Assembly: GCA_033764315.1 (NCBI GenBank) | Contig: JANRJA010000226.1 | Location: forward strand, 1-56,380 | Source of the DNA: Oculatellaceae cyanobacterium bins.114 | Lineage (GTDB): Bacteria > Cyanobacteriota > Cyanobacteriia > Elainellales > Elainellaceae | Reading direction: 5' to 3' | Length of the DNA: 56,380 nucleotides | Shown: piece by piece, positions 1-9,903 of the stretch | Layout of the letters: each line of letters starts with the position of its first letter | Numbering within the stretch: position 1 is the stretch's first letter | Program-made: the position numbers and the translations under genes | Notes under the pieces: generated by a model | What the model was told of the DNA's origin: nothing | What the model saw: the letters and a program-made list of their open reading frames with translations, nothing else | Databases searched by the model: none

Positions 1-416
1 GCGGCTCCGGTGCTGTGAGGGGGCGGTGTAGCGGGGTCAGCACTGGGAATTGCCCAAAATTGATAGACCTGTTGTAAGAGATCTTGGCGTTCTGACTCAG
101 CTAACGGGTTGGCACTGATCCCTCGCTCGTGCAGCATTTCCTCAAAGGTATAGCCCACCATGAATTGTTGAACTGCGAGAGGACGATAAGCGTCAAAAAT
201 TTGTACCTGCCAACCCGGGTAGACCTGTTGCAAGCGACCTTGAGCCGCGATCAATTGTTCTAAAACAGTTTGCCGCAGATAGTAAGGGGATTTGTCATGA
301 TAAGGCGCGCCTAACTTGACATAAGGATGAGGCTCTTCAAGTGCAAACAACCCTGTTGGAATGGGCACTAGAGGTTCATAACACTCCACAATCGGAATTT
401 GATGATGCGGCTTCAT
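1..416 (-). CDS. D-alanyl-D-alanine dipeptidase (VanX/M15 family), runs off window start
   Basis: Not in ORF track. Manual minus-strand translation from ATG at 416: MKPHHQIPIVECYEPLVPIP...YLRQTVLEQL...IFDAYRPLAVQQFM...PPPHSTGAA, with DAYRP and HSTG motifs. Confidence 0.85.
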   Translation of the reverse strand, partial: MKPHHQIPIVECYEPLVPIPTGLFALEEPHPYVKLGAPYHDKSPYYLRQTVLEQLIAAQGRLQQVYPGWQVQIFDAYRPLAVQQFMVGYTFEEMLHERGISANPLAESERQDLLQQVYQFWAIPSADPATPPPHSTGA

Positions 417-577
417 ATAACACTCGCTACAGACGAGACTATTGCTTCAGCATTATTACTTACGAAGAATTGTCATCCCAAAGCTTGTCGCCTATATTAA
501 GAAAGGTAACAAAATTGATGGCAAGTTTGAAATAATTTGTTACTTAACTGACCAATTTGTTTGAGGGTTTAACGCTG

Positions 578-1117
578 GTGGCATCATCCCCTATTCTGAC
601 TCCAACTACAGGCGAGTCTCTCATCGCTGAATTTTTTCAGAAATCTGTGGGTCAATGGCGATCAGAGCGTCGCTATTACACTCTGCCTGATGGAGAAACC
701 AAAGAAGTACTCAGTTTCATCACCATCCGATTCTTAGAGCAAGGCTGCGATGCATTGCGGCAGTTAGCACATTTGCACAACCTGACTGATGAGACAGCCA
801 TGACCTGTGGCACTGAGGTGAGTTGGAACAGCACTGAAGCTGTATCAGGACGCAAACAATCACAGGGAACAACCCTGTTTGGGGCATTGGGCACTACCTT
901 ATACCGCGATCGCGGATTTGCCACTACAACCCCTGTCACCGCTAGCTTTTACTTTGTTAACCCTGAAACACTGTGTCTGAGAACCGAGTACAACAACTCG
1001 GTTTTTGAAGAAGAACTGAAACTTATAGGGCGTCACTATCGCACGCGTCAGACGATTATTTCTAGAGCAGAAGAACAACAGATGATTGGGCAATATCTTG
1101 AAAAGCGTCTGAGTTAA
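578..1117 (+). CDS. Phycobiliprotein lyase, CpcS/CpeS family (CpcV-like)
   Basis: EFFQKSVGQWRSERRYY, RDRGF, EEELKLIG..RTRQT motifs. GTG at 578 follows GAGGG (ORF track start 557). Confidence 0.8.
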   Translation: MASSPILTPTTGESLIAEFFQKSVGQWRSERRYYTLPDGETKEVLSFITIRFLEQGCDALRQLAHLHNLTDETAMTCGTEVSWNSTEAVSGRKQSQGTTLFGALGTTLYRDRGFATTTPVTASFYFVNPETLCLRTEYNNSVFEEELKLIGRHYRTRQTIISRAEEQQMIGQYLEKRLS

Positions 1118-1218
1118 CGTCAATTTGGATTAAGCTTCTGTCGAATAAATCTGCGGCTATCCAAACAAAGTCTGTGGCTCGACTACCAAACCTTAAAAGT
1201 TTGTCTAACCGCCGCAGA
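1114..1218 (+). repeat. Degenerate truncated copy of MITE family B; terminal TTAA overlaps the lyase stop codon
   Basis: TTAACGTCAATTTGGATTAAG..CGAATAAATCTGCGGCTATC..AACCGCCGCAG aligns by eye with 3435-3540. Confidence 0.7.
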
Positions 1219-1370
1219 CTAAGGACGGAATAAGGCAACTAGCTAATGATACATAGTGAATGATAAATGGCAAAAGCCATAACAATTGAAAATCATTGAT
1301 GCATTAAGTATTTTTGCAGACCAGCTTAACCGTAAGATGGAACTTGTCGTTCACTGTGTTTGGTCTGCTC

Positions 1371-2105
1371 GTGAAAGTATTTGTATTCCATACCCCTGAG
1401 CTGGTGCCGACCGATCGAGTACCTGACTGTGCGATCGCCATTGATGTGTTGCGTGCCACTAGCACTATTGCCACAGCTCTCAATGCTGGTGCTGAAGCCG
1501 TGCAAGTATTTAGTGACATTGATGAACTGATGCAGATCAGTGAACAGTGGGCACCCGAAAAGCGTTTGCGGGCAGGAGAACGGGGCGGTGGCACTGTGGC
1601 GGGGTGTGATTTAGGTAACTCGCCTCTCGACTGCACTCCCGACCGAGTTGGAGGCAGACGCTTGTTTATCAGCACCACTAATGGAACCCGGTGTCTGGAA
1701 ACGGTGCGAGATGCTAAAACAGTGATTACTGCTGCTTTAATCAACCGCAAAGCCGCCGTTGACTTCTTGCTAGAGCAACAACCCGAAACCGTTTGGATTG
1801 CTGGCTCAGGCTGGGAAGGATCATTTTCTCTGGAAGACACGGTGTGTGCTGGGGCGATCGCTCACAGCCTGTTGACCAAAACCGGAACTCCTCTCAGTGA
1901 CTTGGTTGGCAATGATGAAGTCGTCGCGGCGATCGCCCTGTTTGCTCAATGGCAAGACAACCTATTAGGGCTGTTGCAGCAGGCAAGTCATGGTCAACGC
2001 CTGTTGCGCCTTGACTGCCATGAAGATCTAAAATATTGCGCTCAACTCGATAGTCTAGCTGTGTTGCCGATTCAAAAAGAGCCAGGGGTCTTGGTCAAGC
2101 GGTAG
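1371..2105 (+). CDS. comB: 2-phosphosulfolactate phosphatase family protein
   Basis: [27 protein letters not shown] and SLEDTVCAG motifs. Likely GTG start at 1371. Confidence 0.9.
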   Translation: MKVFVFHTPELVPTDRVPDCAIAIDVLRATSTIATALNAGAEAVQVFSDIDELMQISEQWAPEKRLRAGERGGGTVAGCDLGNSPLDCTPDRVGGRRLFISTTNGTRCLETVRDAKTVITAALINRKAAVDFLLEQQPETVWIAGSGWEGSFSLEDTVCAGAIAHSLLTKTGTPLSDLVGNDEVVAAIALFAQWQDNLLGLLQQASHGQRLLRLDCHEDLKYCAQLDSLAVLPIQKEPGVLVKR

Positions 2106-2116
2106 GACAGAGGTCT

Positions 2117-2183
2117 AGATCCCCGGCTTCTCTCTCGACTGGGTTTAGTCCAATTGAGTTGTCACAATAGAAGCCGGGGATCT
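2117..2183. repeat. REP-like inverted repeat, AGATCCCCGG family
   Basis: AGATCCCCGGCTTCT-37 nt-AGAAGCCGGGGATCT. Relatives at 11708, 38916 and 52703. Confidence 0.85.
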
Positions 2184-2258
2184 GCAACACCACAGACTTT
2201 CTGCCTAGCGGGCGAATTAGGAATAGAATTGGGCTAGAAGCAGTTTCAGGCTTAGCTC

Positions 2259-2834
2259 ATGCGGAGTACCCGTCAAAAACTCACCTTTGAAGAGTACCTG
2301 GCGTATGACGACGATACGGATAATCGCTATGAGCTAGTGGATGGGGAACTGGTTCAGATGCCACCAGAGGATCGCCTTAACTCCAAAATTGCCCTGTTTC
2401 TGCTAACCCAGTTATTAGAAGTTTTTCCTGAAGATCGCCTCTGTTACAAAGATACTGAGCTTGAGGTCAGTGGCTCTCTGGCAAAAACCCGCCTCCCCGA
2501 TTTGATGCTCTTGTCAGAAGAATTGGTAGCGATTTTGGGGGATGGACGCGGCACCATTACTCGCGATATGCCGCCACCAGACCTGATTATTGAGGTGGCT
2601 TCACCGGGCAAGACAAACGAAGAACGGGATTATCGCTATAAACGGTCTGAATATGCAGCCAGAGGTGTGCCTGAGTATTGGGTCATTAACCCAATAGAGA
2701 GCAATATCACGGTCTTTAGCCTGGAAGCAGGATTTTATGAACCAGCCGTCTATACGGGCGAAATGGTCGTTCAATCTCGGTTTGAGACGTTGCAGTTAAC
2801 GGTTGACCAAATTCTCAAACGAAGACGACTCTAG
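2259..2834 (+). CDS. Uma2 family (PD-(D/E)xK-like) endonuclease
   Basis: [45 protein letters not shown]. Confidence 0.9.
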   Translation: MRSTRQKLTFEEYLAYDDDTDNRYELVDGELVQMPPEDRLNSKIALFLLTQLLEVFPEDRLCYKDTELEVSGSLAKTRLPDLMLLSEELVAILGDGRGTITRDMPPPDLIIEVASPGKTNEERDYRYKRSEYAARGVPEYWVINPIESNITVFSLEAGFYEPAVYTGEMVVQSRFETLQLTVDQILKRRRL

Positions 2835-2846
2835 AGGAATATTGTT

Positions 2847-3275
2847 ATGCCTCTACTGAGTGATGCGATGATAACGAAAGAACAGGTCATGCCTCTGTTT
2901 CTAGAAGCCTGTCCCTCCTTCACTGGAAGGTTGAAGGAGCATCGTGCCTTCTATAAGGATGAGGATTTGCTCTACGTCGAATTAGGGGGGTTCGCCCATC
3001 ACCTTGTTGAGCTGCATAAGGCTAAGCAGACGGATGAATTCCTAGCAGTATTTGATGTCGTCGAGAGGCTTCACATTGAGGGCGATACTTACGTGCGGGA
3101 GGCTGCTACAATCGGGTTGCTCAAGGGGATTCAGAATGTTGGGAGAAACTCGGGCGTCAATTCTGAAGACTTCACCCGATACTTGAAACCTGAGTCGGCG
3201 AAGTGGTGGCGACAGTTGGATGCTTTCTGGGATGGCAAAATCCCGTTTGTTGGTAATCCTGCGGATAGGGCATAG
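2847..3275 (+). CDS. Hypothetical protein, immunity-protein-like helical domain
   Basis: 142-aa ORF with SD AGAGGA. FDVVERLHIEGDTYVREAATIGLL pattern. Function is inference. Confidence 0.65.
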   Translation: MPLLSDAMITKEQVMPLFLEACPSFTGRLKEHRAFYKDEDLLYVELGGFAHHLVELHKAKQTDEFLAVFDVVERLHIEGDTYVREAATIGLLKGIQNVGRNSGVNSEDFTRYLKPESAKWWRQLDAFWDGKIPFVGNPADRA

Positions 3276-3434
3276 CAAGCTTGGTGCAGCGATGATGTTA
3301 CCTGCTGGTGAAGTTGCGAAACTCCTCCAACCGCTAACCAGGATCGCTATGCCACAAATTCTCAGCGGCGACAGCACATTAGGGCTATTTGTCAGTATTC
3401 TAAGCAAGCTACCGTGAGGTTATGGGTAGATAAG

Positions 3435-3603
3435 TTAACATCAGTTCGGTTTAAGAGCCTGGCGAATAAATTCGCGGCTATCAGAACGAAGTTCGCCTTC
3501 GCGAACTACAGAAAATCAAGGGTTGAGTGAACCGACGCAGGTCGGTTTTGCTCCTGTAGTTGCGGTTTCAACCGCCAAAATCCTTATCCCGAATTCACGT
3601 TAA
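3435..3603. mobile_element. MITE family B, complete copy with TTAA-ended TIRs and internal REP-like hairpins
   Basis: Left TTAACATCAGTTCGGTTTAAG, right CTTATCCCGAATTCACGTTAA. Internal palindromes GCGAATAAATTCGC, GTTCGCCTTCGCGAAC, AACCGACGCAGGTCGGTT, GCGGTTTCAACCGC. Close inverted copy at 43873-44027. Confidence 0.85.
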
Positions 3604-3621
3604 GTTAATTTCAGACTACTG

Positions 3622-4419
3622 ATGTGGCAGTTACCCAAAATTTCTATGCCTAGTTGGAATCTTGCAGAAAAGCGAGGATTTGGTCTTACGGGTGGTTTTT
3701 GGAATCACTTTGGTGTTGTTCTCATTGAAGCTCCAATTCACCTCGTTACTTCTACTCTCTCTAAACACTTCCGAGCGGAATATACTGCCGATATTTTTCC
3801 TGCCTCATTACATGAGCGGGAAAAGCATTTTCTTTGGCAATATGCTGGACACACCTGGACAATTTGGTGGGCATTTGCATCTGAAGAGGTAGCGTTTGCT
3901 CTTGCTCTTTTTCTAGAGACTAGGGCTATCGTCATGACTCATCAAGGAACAAGCGGATGGAGTACGGTAAAAATTTTCTATCAAGACAAGTGGGTTGAAC
4001 ACTATCACTTTGGATATGACGACTATGATGACCCTGATGCCAAAATTGGCGATCGCGGCTACTGGGGCATAGGTTATTGGAATCTTGAAGTAACCTATGA
4101 ATATTTTGTATCTCAAAAGTCTACTTTCCCAGTTCAGACTCGACATTTGTTCAGTAGCGTCATGCGAAAAGTCACTGAACCTGAGATGAGATCATGGCTT
4201 AGATCTAAAGAAGGCAGATTTGGTTTTCTTGATGCAACTCTTCAGTATTATGGGGCTTATCTTCCTGATTGCAAGGAAACACCTCTGACTTATTCACGCT
4301 CTGATTCTGATTTTCATCCAGTTCGATCAGACTTCGAGCGAGTTGATGCTTTAGTCTTACCTAAAGAAACGTTTTATTGGCGCAATATGCTGCCTGTTCC
4401 AAAGTATGTAGCAGCCTAA
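3622..4419 (+). CDS. Hypothetical protein
   Basis: 265-aa aromatic-rich ORF filling the gap between repeats. No motif recognised. Confidence 0.65.
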   Translation: MWQLPKISMPSWNLAEKRGFGLTGGFWNHFGVVLIEAPIHLVTSTLSKHFRAEYTADIFPASLHEREKHFLWQYAGHTWTIWWAFASEEVAFALALFLETRAIVMTHQGTSGWSTVKIFYQDKWVEHYHFGYDDYDDPDAKIGDRGYWGIGYWNLEVTYEYFVSQKSTFPVQTRHLFSSVMRKVTEPEMRSWLRSKEGRFGFLDATLQYYGAYLPDCKETPLTYSRSDSDFHPVRSDFERVDALVLPKETFYWRNMLPVPKYVAA

Positions 4420-4493
4420 CAATCCCCTAGCTGACTCCCTCTTTCACTCTGTTTGCAAGTGGAATCGAATTAATAGATCTCTGGCTTGATCTA

Positions 4494-5750
4494 TTAATCC
4501 AATTGTTCGATTAATTGCGCTGCAATCCGTGCGGCGGCTCCAGGGTTTCCCATGCGGCGATGCCCGTTTTCAGCAATCAGTTGCAGGCGATCGGGGTCTT
4601 TTAATAGGGCTTGCAAAACGGTTGCGACCTGAGAGGCTTGTTTCACCAAAATGGCGGATGCTCCCAATAGGCGGGTTTGCGCTTCTGCAAAGGCAGGCGT
4701 AAATTGGGGGCCGCGTCCTGGAATGATCAGGGCAGGTTTACCCAGCCCGACAAATTGTTCGGTGGCGGTGCCTGCCATCGCGATCGCAAAATCAGCTCGG
4801 TGCAAACAATCTGCAAAAGCTGTTTGGGTCAGAATCAACTGCGGGCGTGGGGCATGCAACCCTGGGTGTAAGGTATAGACCAGATTGGCTGGGTTTAGGG
4901 TTTGAGTCAGTTGCCATCCCTGGCTCTGGAGTGTTTGTTGCAGGGGAGCGAGATCCAGGTTAGGAGCGATCGCGGCCAAAAACACCAGCGGTTTATTTGT
5001 CAAAGTGGCGACAATCCCAGCAACGGCTTGCAGGATCACTTGCCAGTTTTCGTAGACTTCAGGAGGACGTGAACCCGGTAGTAGTGCGATCGCCAACGAT
5101 TGTTTGTCACCTGTAAAAAATTCTTGAAAAATCGTTTGGGTTGGCTCTAGTCCATCCATCATGGGGTTTCCCAAATCGAAGGCAGCGATCGCTCGTCGTC
5201 TCAAATAGTCCGCTGTCAACCCGTCGCGTGGAAACACGGCTCGGCATCGCTTGCGGCTCATTAACCAGCGATCGAAGGGGTGAAAGACCGAATCTGACCA
5301 CCGTTCTAAGCGATCGTCAAACCAGGATTTGCGAGGCAAGATCCCAGCTTCATCCCGCAGATAATATTCCGATCGGGCAGTGCCAACAAATGCATAGGGG
5401 GCACCACTCCACCAGGCAAACAGCAGGGGCACAACATCTCCAACGGCTAGAATCACTCCCCCTTGTTTTGCCCAAGTCTTGACGACTTTGAGTTGCTTCA
5501 GCGTCAGTTGCAGCAAGCCACCACGCAAATCTCGCACTAATTGCCGACTATCCATATAGACAAAGCCACCAGAAGGCATGCGCTTGACCTGCCCGGCGAT
5601 CGCAATCCCCTGATCCCGATAGGCATGTCCCTCACCGACCAGAGGCAGTGCCGCTATCTCTGGTTGGGCAGGATGGCGTTGCAGATGCTGAAGAATGCGG
5701 AGGGCGATCGCATCTTCCCCGTGACCGTTGCTTAAACACAAAAGTTTCAT
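4494..5750 (-). CDS. Lipid-A-disaccharide synthase-related glycosyltransferase
   Basis: MKLLCLSNGHGED, GNPMMD, LLPGSR, AMAGTATEQFVGLGKP. Likely ATG at 5750. Confidence 0.85.
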   Translation of the reverse strand: MKLLCLSNGHGEDAIALRILQHLQRHPAQPEIAALPLVGEGHAYRDQGIAIAGQVKRMPSGGFVYMDSRQLVRDLRGGLLQLTLKQLKVVKTWAKQGGVILAVGDVVPLLFAWWSGAPYAFVGTARSEYYLRDEAGILPRKSWFDDRLERWSDSVFHPFDRWLMSRKRCRAVFPRDGLTADYLRRRAIAAFDLGNPMMDGLEPTQTIFQEFFTGDKQSLAIALLPGSRPPEVYENWQVILQAVAGIVATLTNKPLVFLAAIAPNLDLAPLQQTLQSQGWQLTQTLNPANLVYTLHPGLHAPRPQLILTQTAFADCLHRADFAIAMAGTATEQFVGLGKPALIIPGRGPQFTPAFAEAQTRLLGASAILVKQASQVATVLQALLKDPDRLQLIAENGHRRMGNPGAAARIAAQLIEQLD

Positions 5751-5829
5751 AACCGTAGCCCCAGGCAAACCTAGATGCACTTTGAAATATCAAGGGTGCA
5801 ACAGGACTCTTTATTTAGACAGTTGCATT

Positions 5830-6417
5830 CTAGAGTTTTGTTACCAGAATGGGCTTGAGATTCAATACAAAATCTGGCAAAACATCTTCTCCTGACAGGA
5901 TTTCAGGAGTTTGCAAAACTTCTTTTGGCTGTCCTGCCCGATACACCTCTACTTGTTGAGTTTGAGGATCGATGAGCCAACCTAATCTAGCTCCATTGTC
6001 CATATACTCTTGCATTTTGTTCTGCAAGGCGATGAGAGAGTCTGTTGCAGATCGCAACTCTACTACAAAATCAGGACATAGCGGGACAAATTGTGTTTGT
6101 TGCTCAGAGGTAAGAGCATCCCATCGCTCACGCTGTACCCAAGCTGCATCAGGCGATCGATCGGCTCCGTTGGGCAATCTGAATCCAGTTGAAGAGTCAA
6201 AGGCCAGGCCCAGATCGGTTTGGCTCGACCAATTTTCGAGTTGAGCTGTGATTTTAATGTTGCGATTACCCGTTGAGCCACCTGTAGGAGGCATGATGAT
6301 CAACTCTCCACTGGATGTGCGCTCTAACCTGAGATCTCGATTAGTTTGGCAGAGTTGATAAAACTGCTCGTCAGTCAGCTTCAAAACAGGATAGAGATTC
6401 AGAGTTAGAGCCGACAT
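5830..6417 (-). CDS. Uma2 family endonuclease
   Basis: FDSSTGFRLPNGADRSPDAAW, PLCPDFVVELRS, KMQEYMDNGARLGWLIDP. Confidence 0.92.
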   Translation of the reverse strand: MSALTLNLYPVLKLTDEQFYQLCQTNRDLRLERTSSGELIIMPPTGGSTGNRNIKITAQLENWSSQTDLGLAFDSSTGFRLPNGADRSPDAAWVQRERWDALTSEQQTQFVPLCPDFVVELRSATDSLIALQNKMQEYMDNGARLGWLIDPQTQQVEVYRAGQPKEVLQTPEILSGEDVLPDFVLNLKPILVTKL

Positions 6418-6465
6418 AACAAAACCAAGATTGCAATGGTAAGCCTATTCTACTAGACGCAAAGC

Positions 6466-6482
6466 CTTTACAATATGTAAAG
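6466..6482. promoter_or_regulatory. Palindrome in the uma2/zds divergent promoter
   Basis: CTTTACA-ATA-TGTAAAG, 21 nt upstream of the zds ATG. Confidence 0.35.
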
Positions 6483-6503
6483 AAAATGAGTGGGATAGGT
6501 TGA

Positions 6504-7949
6504 ATGCGAGTCGCGATTGTTGGTGCAGGATTGGCGGGTTTAGTAACAGCTATTGATTTGGCAGATGCTGGACATCACGTCGAAATCTTTGAATCTCGCC
6601 CGTTTGTCGGAGGTAAGGTCGGCAGTTGGGTCGATGCCGATGGCAATCATATCGAGATGGGGTTGCACGTTTTCTTCTTTAACTACGCTAACTTGTTTGA
6701 GTTGATGAAAAAGGTGGGTGCCTTTGAAGCTTTACTGCCCAAGCAACACACTCACACTTTTATCAATCGGGGTGGAGAAGTTCGCACCCTTGACTTCCGC
6801 TTTCCTCTGGGTGCCCCCTTTAACGGACTCAAAGCCTTTTTTACAACTGCGCAGTTATCCCTGCGAGACAAGCTACAAAATGCGATCGCCTTAGGCACCA
6901 GTCCTATCGTGCGTGGCCTAATCGACTACGAAGGAGCCATGAAAACCATTCGCGCCCTCGATCGCGTCAGTTTTGCCGACTGGTTTCGTCAACACGGAGG
7001 GTCAAATCTGAGCCTTAAACGGATGTGGAACCCGATCGCCTATGCCCTGGGTTTCATTGATACCGAAAATATCTCTGCCCGCTGCATGCTCACCATTTTT
7101 CAGATGTTTGCCACCAAAACTGAAGCCTCTAAGCTCAATTTGCTGGCGGGTTCTCCTCACGAATACCTGCACAAACCTATCCTCAATTACCTAGAAGCAC
7201 GGGGTACTCAAGTCTATACCCGTCGGGGAGTGCGCCAAGTGCTGTTTGAGGGCAATGGAGATCACACTCAAGTGACGGGATTAGTCGTTGCTAACGGCGA
7301 CAGTGAAGAAACGATCGTCGCCGATGCTTATGTTTGCGCCTGTGACGTGCCGGGAACCCAGCGATTGCTTCCAGAATCATGGCGACAATGGCAAGAGTTT
7401 GACAATATCTACAAGTTAGATACGGTGCCTGTGGCGACAGTGCAACTGCGCTTTGACGGTTGGGTCACAGAGTTAAACGATGCCGCTGAGCGGAAACAGT
7501 TGGATCATGCCGCTGGGATCGATAACCTGTTATACACTGCCGATGCTGACTTCTCCTGCTTTGCTGACCTGGCACTGTCCAGCCCCAAAGATTACTATCG
7601 CGAAGGGCAGGGATCGCTGATTCAAGCGGTCTTAACTCCGGGTGATCCGTTTATCAAACAAAGTAATGAGGCGATCGCTCAACATGTCCTCAAACAAGTT
7701 CATGACCTCTTCCCCTCTTCTCGTGACCTGAATATGACCTGGTTCAACGTTGTCAAACTAGCCCAATCGCTATATCGCGAAGCCCCCGGCATGGATCCTT
7801 ATCGCCCCGATCAAAAAACCCCCATCTCCAACTTCTTTTTGGCAGGCAGCTATACGCAACAGGACTACATCGATAGTATGGAAGGAGCGACGATTTCAGG
7901 ACGACGTGCCGCTAAAGTCATCCTGGAAAGAATGAAGATTGAAAAATGA
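6504..7949 (+). CDS. zds: 9,9'-di-cis-zeta-carotene desaturase
   Basis: GAGLAG FAD motif, [39 protein letters not shown]. Followed by an SRPBCC gene. Confidence 0.95.
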   Translation: MRVAIVGAGLAGLVTAIDLADAGHHVEIFESRPFVGGKVGSWVDADGNHIEMGLHVFFFNYANLFELMKKVGAFEALLPKQHTHTFINRGGEVRTLDFRFPLGAPFNGLKAFFTTAQLSLRDKLQNAIALGTSPIVRGLIDYEGAMKTIRALDRVSFADWFRQHGGSNLSLKRMWNPIAYALGFIDTENISARCMLTIFQMFATKTEASKLNLLAGSPHEYLHKPILNYLEARGTQVYTRRGVRQVLFEGNGDHTQVTGLVVANGDSEETIVADAYVCACDVPGTQRLLPESWRQWQEFDNIYKLDTVPVATVQLRFDGWVTELNDAAERKQLDHAAGIDNLLYTADADFSCFADLALSSPKDYYREGQGSLIQAVLTPGDPFIKQSNEAIAQHVLKQVHDLFPSSRDLNMTWFNVVKLAQSLYREAPGMDPYRPDQKTPISNFFLAGSYTQQDYIDSMEGATISGRRAAKVILERMKIEK

Positions 7950-8000
7950 AGAAAGAAAAGTAACCTGACAACACGCTTTTCTTCTCTTTTTTTCATAGAT

Positions 8001-8031
8001 GGTGCGTTACGCTGCCGCTAACGGCACCTAC
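8001..8031 (-). repeat. GTAG-type REP hairpin
   Basis: Reverse complement GTAGGTGCCGTTAGCGGCAGCGTAACGCACC. Confidence 0.65.
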
Positions 8032-8046
8032 AGCACGTTTATCCTT

Positions 8047-8088
8047 CTTCCCTTTTCTTTTTTCCCTCTTCCCTTTTCTTTTTTCCCT
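8047..8088. repeat. Pyrimidine-rich 21-bp tandem repeat x2
   Basis: CTTCCCTTTTCTTTTTTCCCT twice, directly before the SRPBCC ATG. Confidence 0.7.
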
Positions 8089-8535
8089 ATGCCTGATTGG
8101 TTAGAACACAGTGTCCAAGTTGAAGTCGAAACCCCCATTGAGGTGGTGTGGGATCTCTGGTCTGACCTGGAGCAAATGCCTCGCTGGATGAAATGGATCG
8201 ACTCTGTCAAGGTGTTGGAAGATAACCCTGAGCTATCTCGTTGGAAACTAGCCACTGGAGGGTTGGAATTTAGTTGGCTCTCCCGCATTCTTAAGTTAGT
8301 GCCTCATCAAATCATTCAATGGGAGTCGGTGGATGGTCTGCCCAATCGGGGTGCCATTCGGTTCTACGATCGGGGAGCTACCAGCATCGTAAAGCTATCT
8401 GTTTCCTATGCGATCCCCGGCTTTTTAGGCAAGTTGATGGATAACTTGTTCCTGGGTCGGGTCGTGGAATCCACCATTAAAGCAGATTTAGAGCGGTTTC
8501 GAGAATATGCGCTCAAGGCTCACCCTCCTCAGTAG
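8089..8535 (+). CDS. SRPBCC/polyketide cyclase family protein
   Basis: MPDWLEHSVQVEV..WSDLEQMPRWMKWI..WESVDGLPNRGAIRF. The ORF-track N-terminal extension is repeat-derived. Confidence 0.88.
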   Translation: MPDWLEHSVQVEVETPIEVVWDLWSDLEQMPRWMKWIDSVKVLEDNPELSRWKLATGGLEFSWLSRILKLVPHQIIQWESVDGLPNRGAIRFYDRGATSIVKLSVSYAIPGFLGKLMDNLFLGRVVESTIKADLERFREYALKAHPPQ

Positions 8536-8587
8536 GGCGATCGCTCTAAACCTAAAGTTCCCCTTTTGAAGGGGATTCAGATCGAAC

Positions 8588-9007
8588 TTAAAGGAACTCA
8601 TTGATTTCCTCAATTGCCTCCTCTGTAATCACACCAAGTGTAATTTCAAAGGGTAGTTCTCTGTCTTCCCGATGGAAAGAGACGTACGCAATCCCCTCGT
8701 CTTTTTTCCAATAACACATTCGGATTGCTCTAATCCAATACCACTTTGGATAACCTGGTATTTCTGGGGTTCCTCTAAAATTGGGTTGTCCCCAAACTGT
8801 TTGAACTTGTGATATTGCTGCATCGTACTCTTGAGAAAACTCCGCTTCAATCTGCTCAAAATCAGAAAAGTCGAAGTTAGAAAAATCTCTTGAAGCTCTC
8901 CACTGAAAGCTTTGCCCATGAGTATTGTAATTTCCAGGAATAAGTTCAGAAAGCAACTGTTCTAGGATATTTACCGGATTTCTTCCCATAGCATTCCTAT
9001 CTGTCAT
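8588..9007 (-). CDS. Hypothetical acidic protein
   Basis: 139-aa AT-rich ORF with SD GAGG, next to the RAYT left REP. Confidence 0.6.
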   Translation of the reverse strand: MTDRNAMGRNPVNILEQLLSELIPGNYNTHGQSFQWRASRDFSNFDFSDFEQIEAEFSQEYDAAISQVQTVWGQPNFRGTPEIPGYPKWYWIRAIRMCYWKKDEGIAYVSFHREDRELPFEITLGVITEEAIEEINEFL

Positions 9008-9036
9008 TTATCTAAAACCTCATAGCAGTTAATTTT

Positions 9037-9066
9037 GTAGGTTGGGTTGAGGTAACGAAACCCAAC
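9037..9066 (+). repeat. REP flanking RAYT (left)
   Basis: GTAG-GTTGGGTTGAGGTAACGAAACCCAAC imperfect hairpin. Confidence 0.9.
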
Positions 9067-9142
9067 TTATTCACCTGTTAACAGATGCTCCTGATTACCC
9101 ATACTAAATCTCATCTACGATTGGGTCAGATTGGGTCATCTA

Positions 9143-9685
9143 ATGCGTTATCGTCGTGCTACCACACCAGGAGCAACGTACTTCTTTACCGTTGTCACCT
9201 ATCAACGGCAAAAGATGTTTCATCTTTCTGAAACCGTTGAGCATCTCCGTTATGCTTTTCGAACCGTTAAAGCCAGGCATCCATTTACCATTGAGGCAAT
9301 CGTTGTACTGCCAGATCATCTTCATTGCATCTGGACGCTTCCACCGCATGACGCTGATTTTTCGACCCGGTGGCGATTAATTAAAACAAGATTTACCCGC
9401 ACTTGTCCTAGTCAATATAAACGGCAACAAAATCAAGCCCGACTGCATAAGAAGGAACAAGCTGTATGGCAACGCCGTTTTTGGGAACACCAAATTCGAG
9501 ATCAGCACGATTTGAATCAACACATCGATTACATTCATTACAACCCAGTACATCACCAACTTGTGCAGCACCCCAAGGATTGGCAATATTCCAGTTTTCA
9601 TCGGTTTGTAGCGAGAGGAGAATATGAGATTGATTGGGGAGCGGGAGATGTCATTGGGTTTGCAGAGGAGGTTGGATACGAGTAA
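9143..9685 (+). mobile_element. REP-associated tyrosine transposase (RAYT, IS200/IS605 Y1 HUH family)
   Basis: YFFTVVT, HUH motif PDHLHCIW, WQRRFWEHQIRD, catalytic Tyr in DYIHYNPV, WQYSS. Flanked by inverted REPs. Confidence 0.93.
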
Positions 9686-9706
9686 TGAATAAGAAAATAG
9701 GTGAAG

Positions 9707-9735
9707 GTTGGGTTTCCTCCGTCAACCCAACCTAC
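9707..9735 (-). repeat. REP flanking RAYT (right, inverted)
   Basis: Reverse complement GTAG-GTTGGGTTGACGGAGGAAACCCAAC. Confidence 0.9.
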
Positions 9736-9903
9736 TAGCTAACAATCGCTCTAAGTTGGCAAGTCATTTGGAGATGGGTAAGCTAGAATTGTAAAGGCTT
9801 CTTTACCAGGATTACGGCTTAACTCCAAGAAAAACTTTGTTAAGAAGCTGTGGTTATCCGATAACCTTTCCTTAAATTTTCATCCCTCTACTGGAATTTC
9901 TTT

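Noticed and set aside
341-535. 64-aa plus-strand ORF
   Set aside because: Overlaps the minus-strand dipeptidase start and the divergent promoter. No motif.
3220-3417. 65-aa ORF
   Set aside because: Overlaps the upstream gene end and the attC-like region. No motif.
7999-8088. N-terminal extension of the SRPBCC protein
   Set aside because: Encoded by a REP and a pyrimidine tandem repeat. The conserved sequence begins at MPDWLEH.
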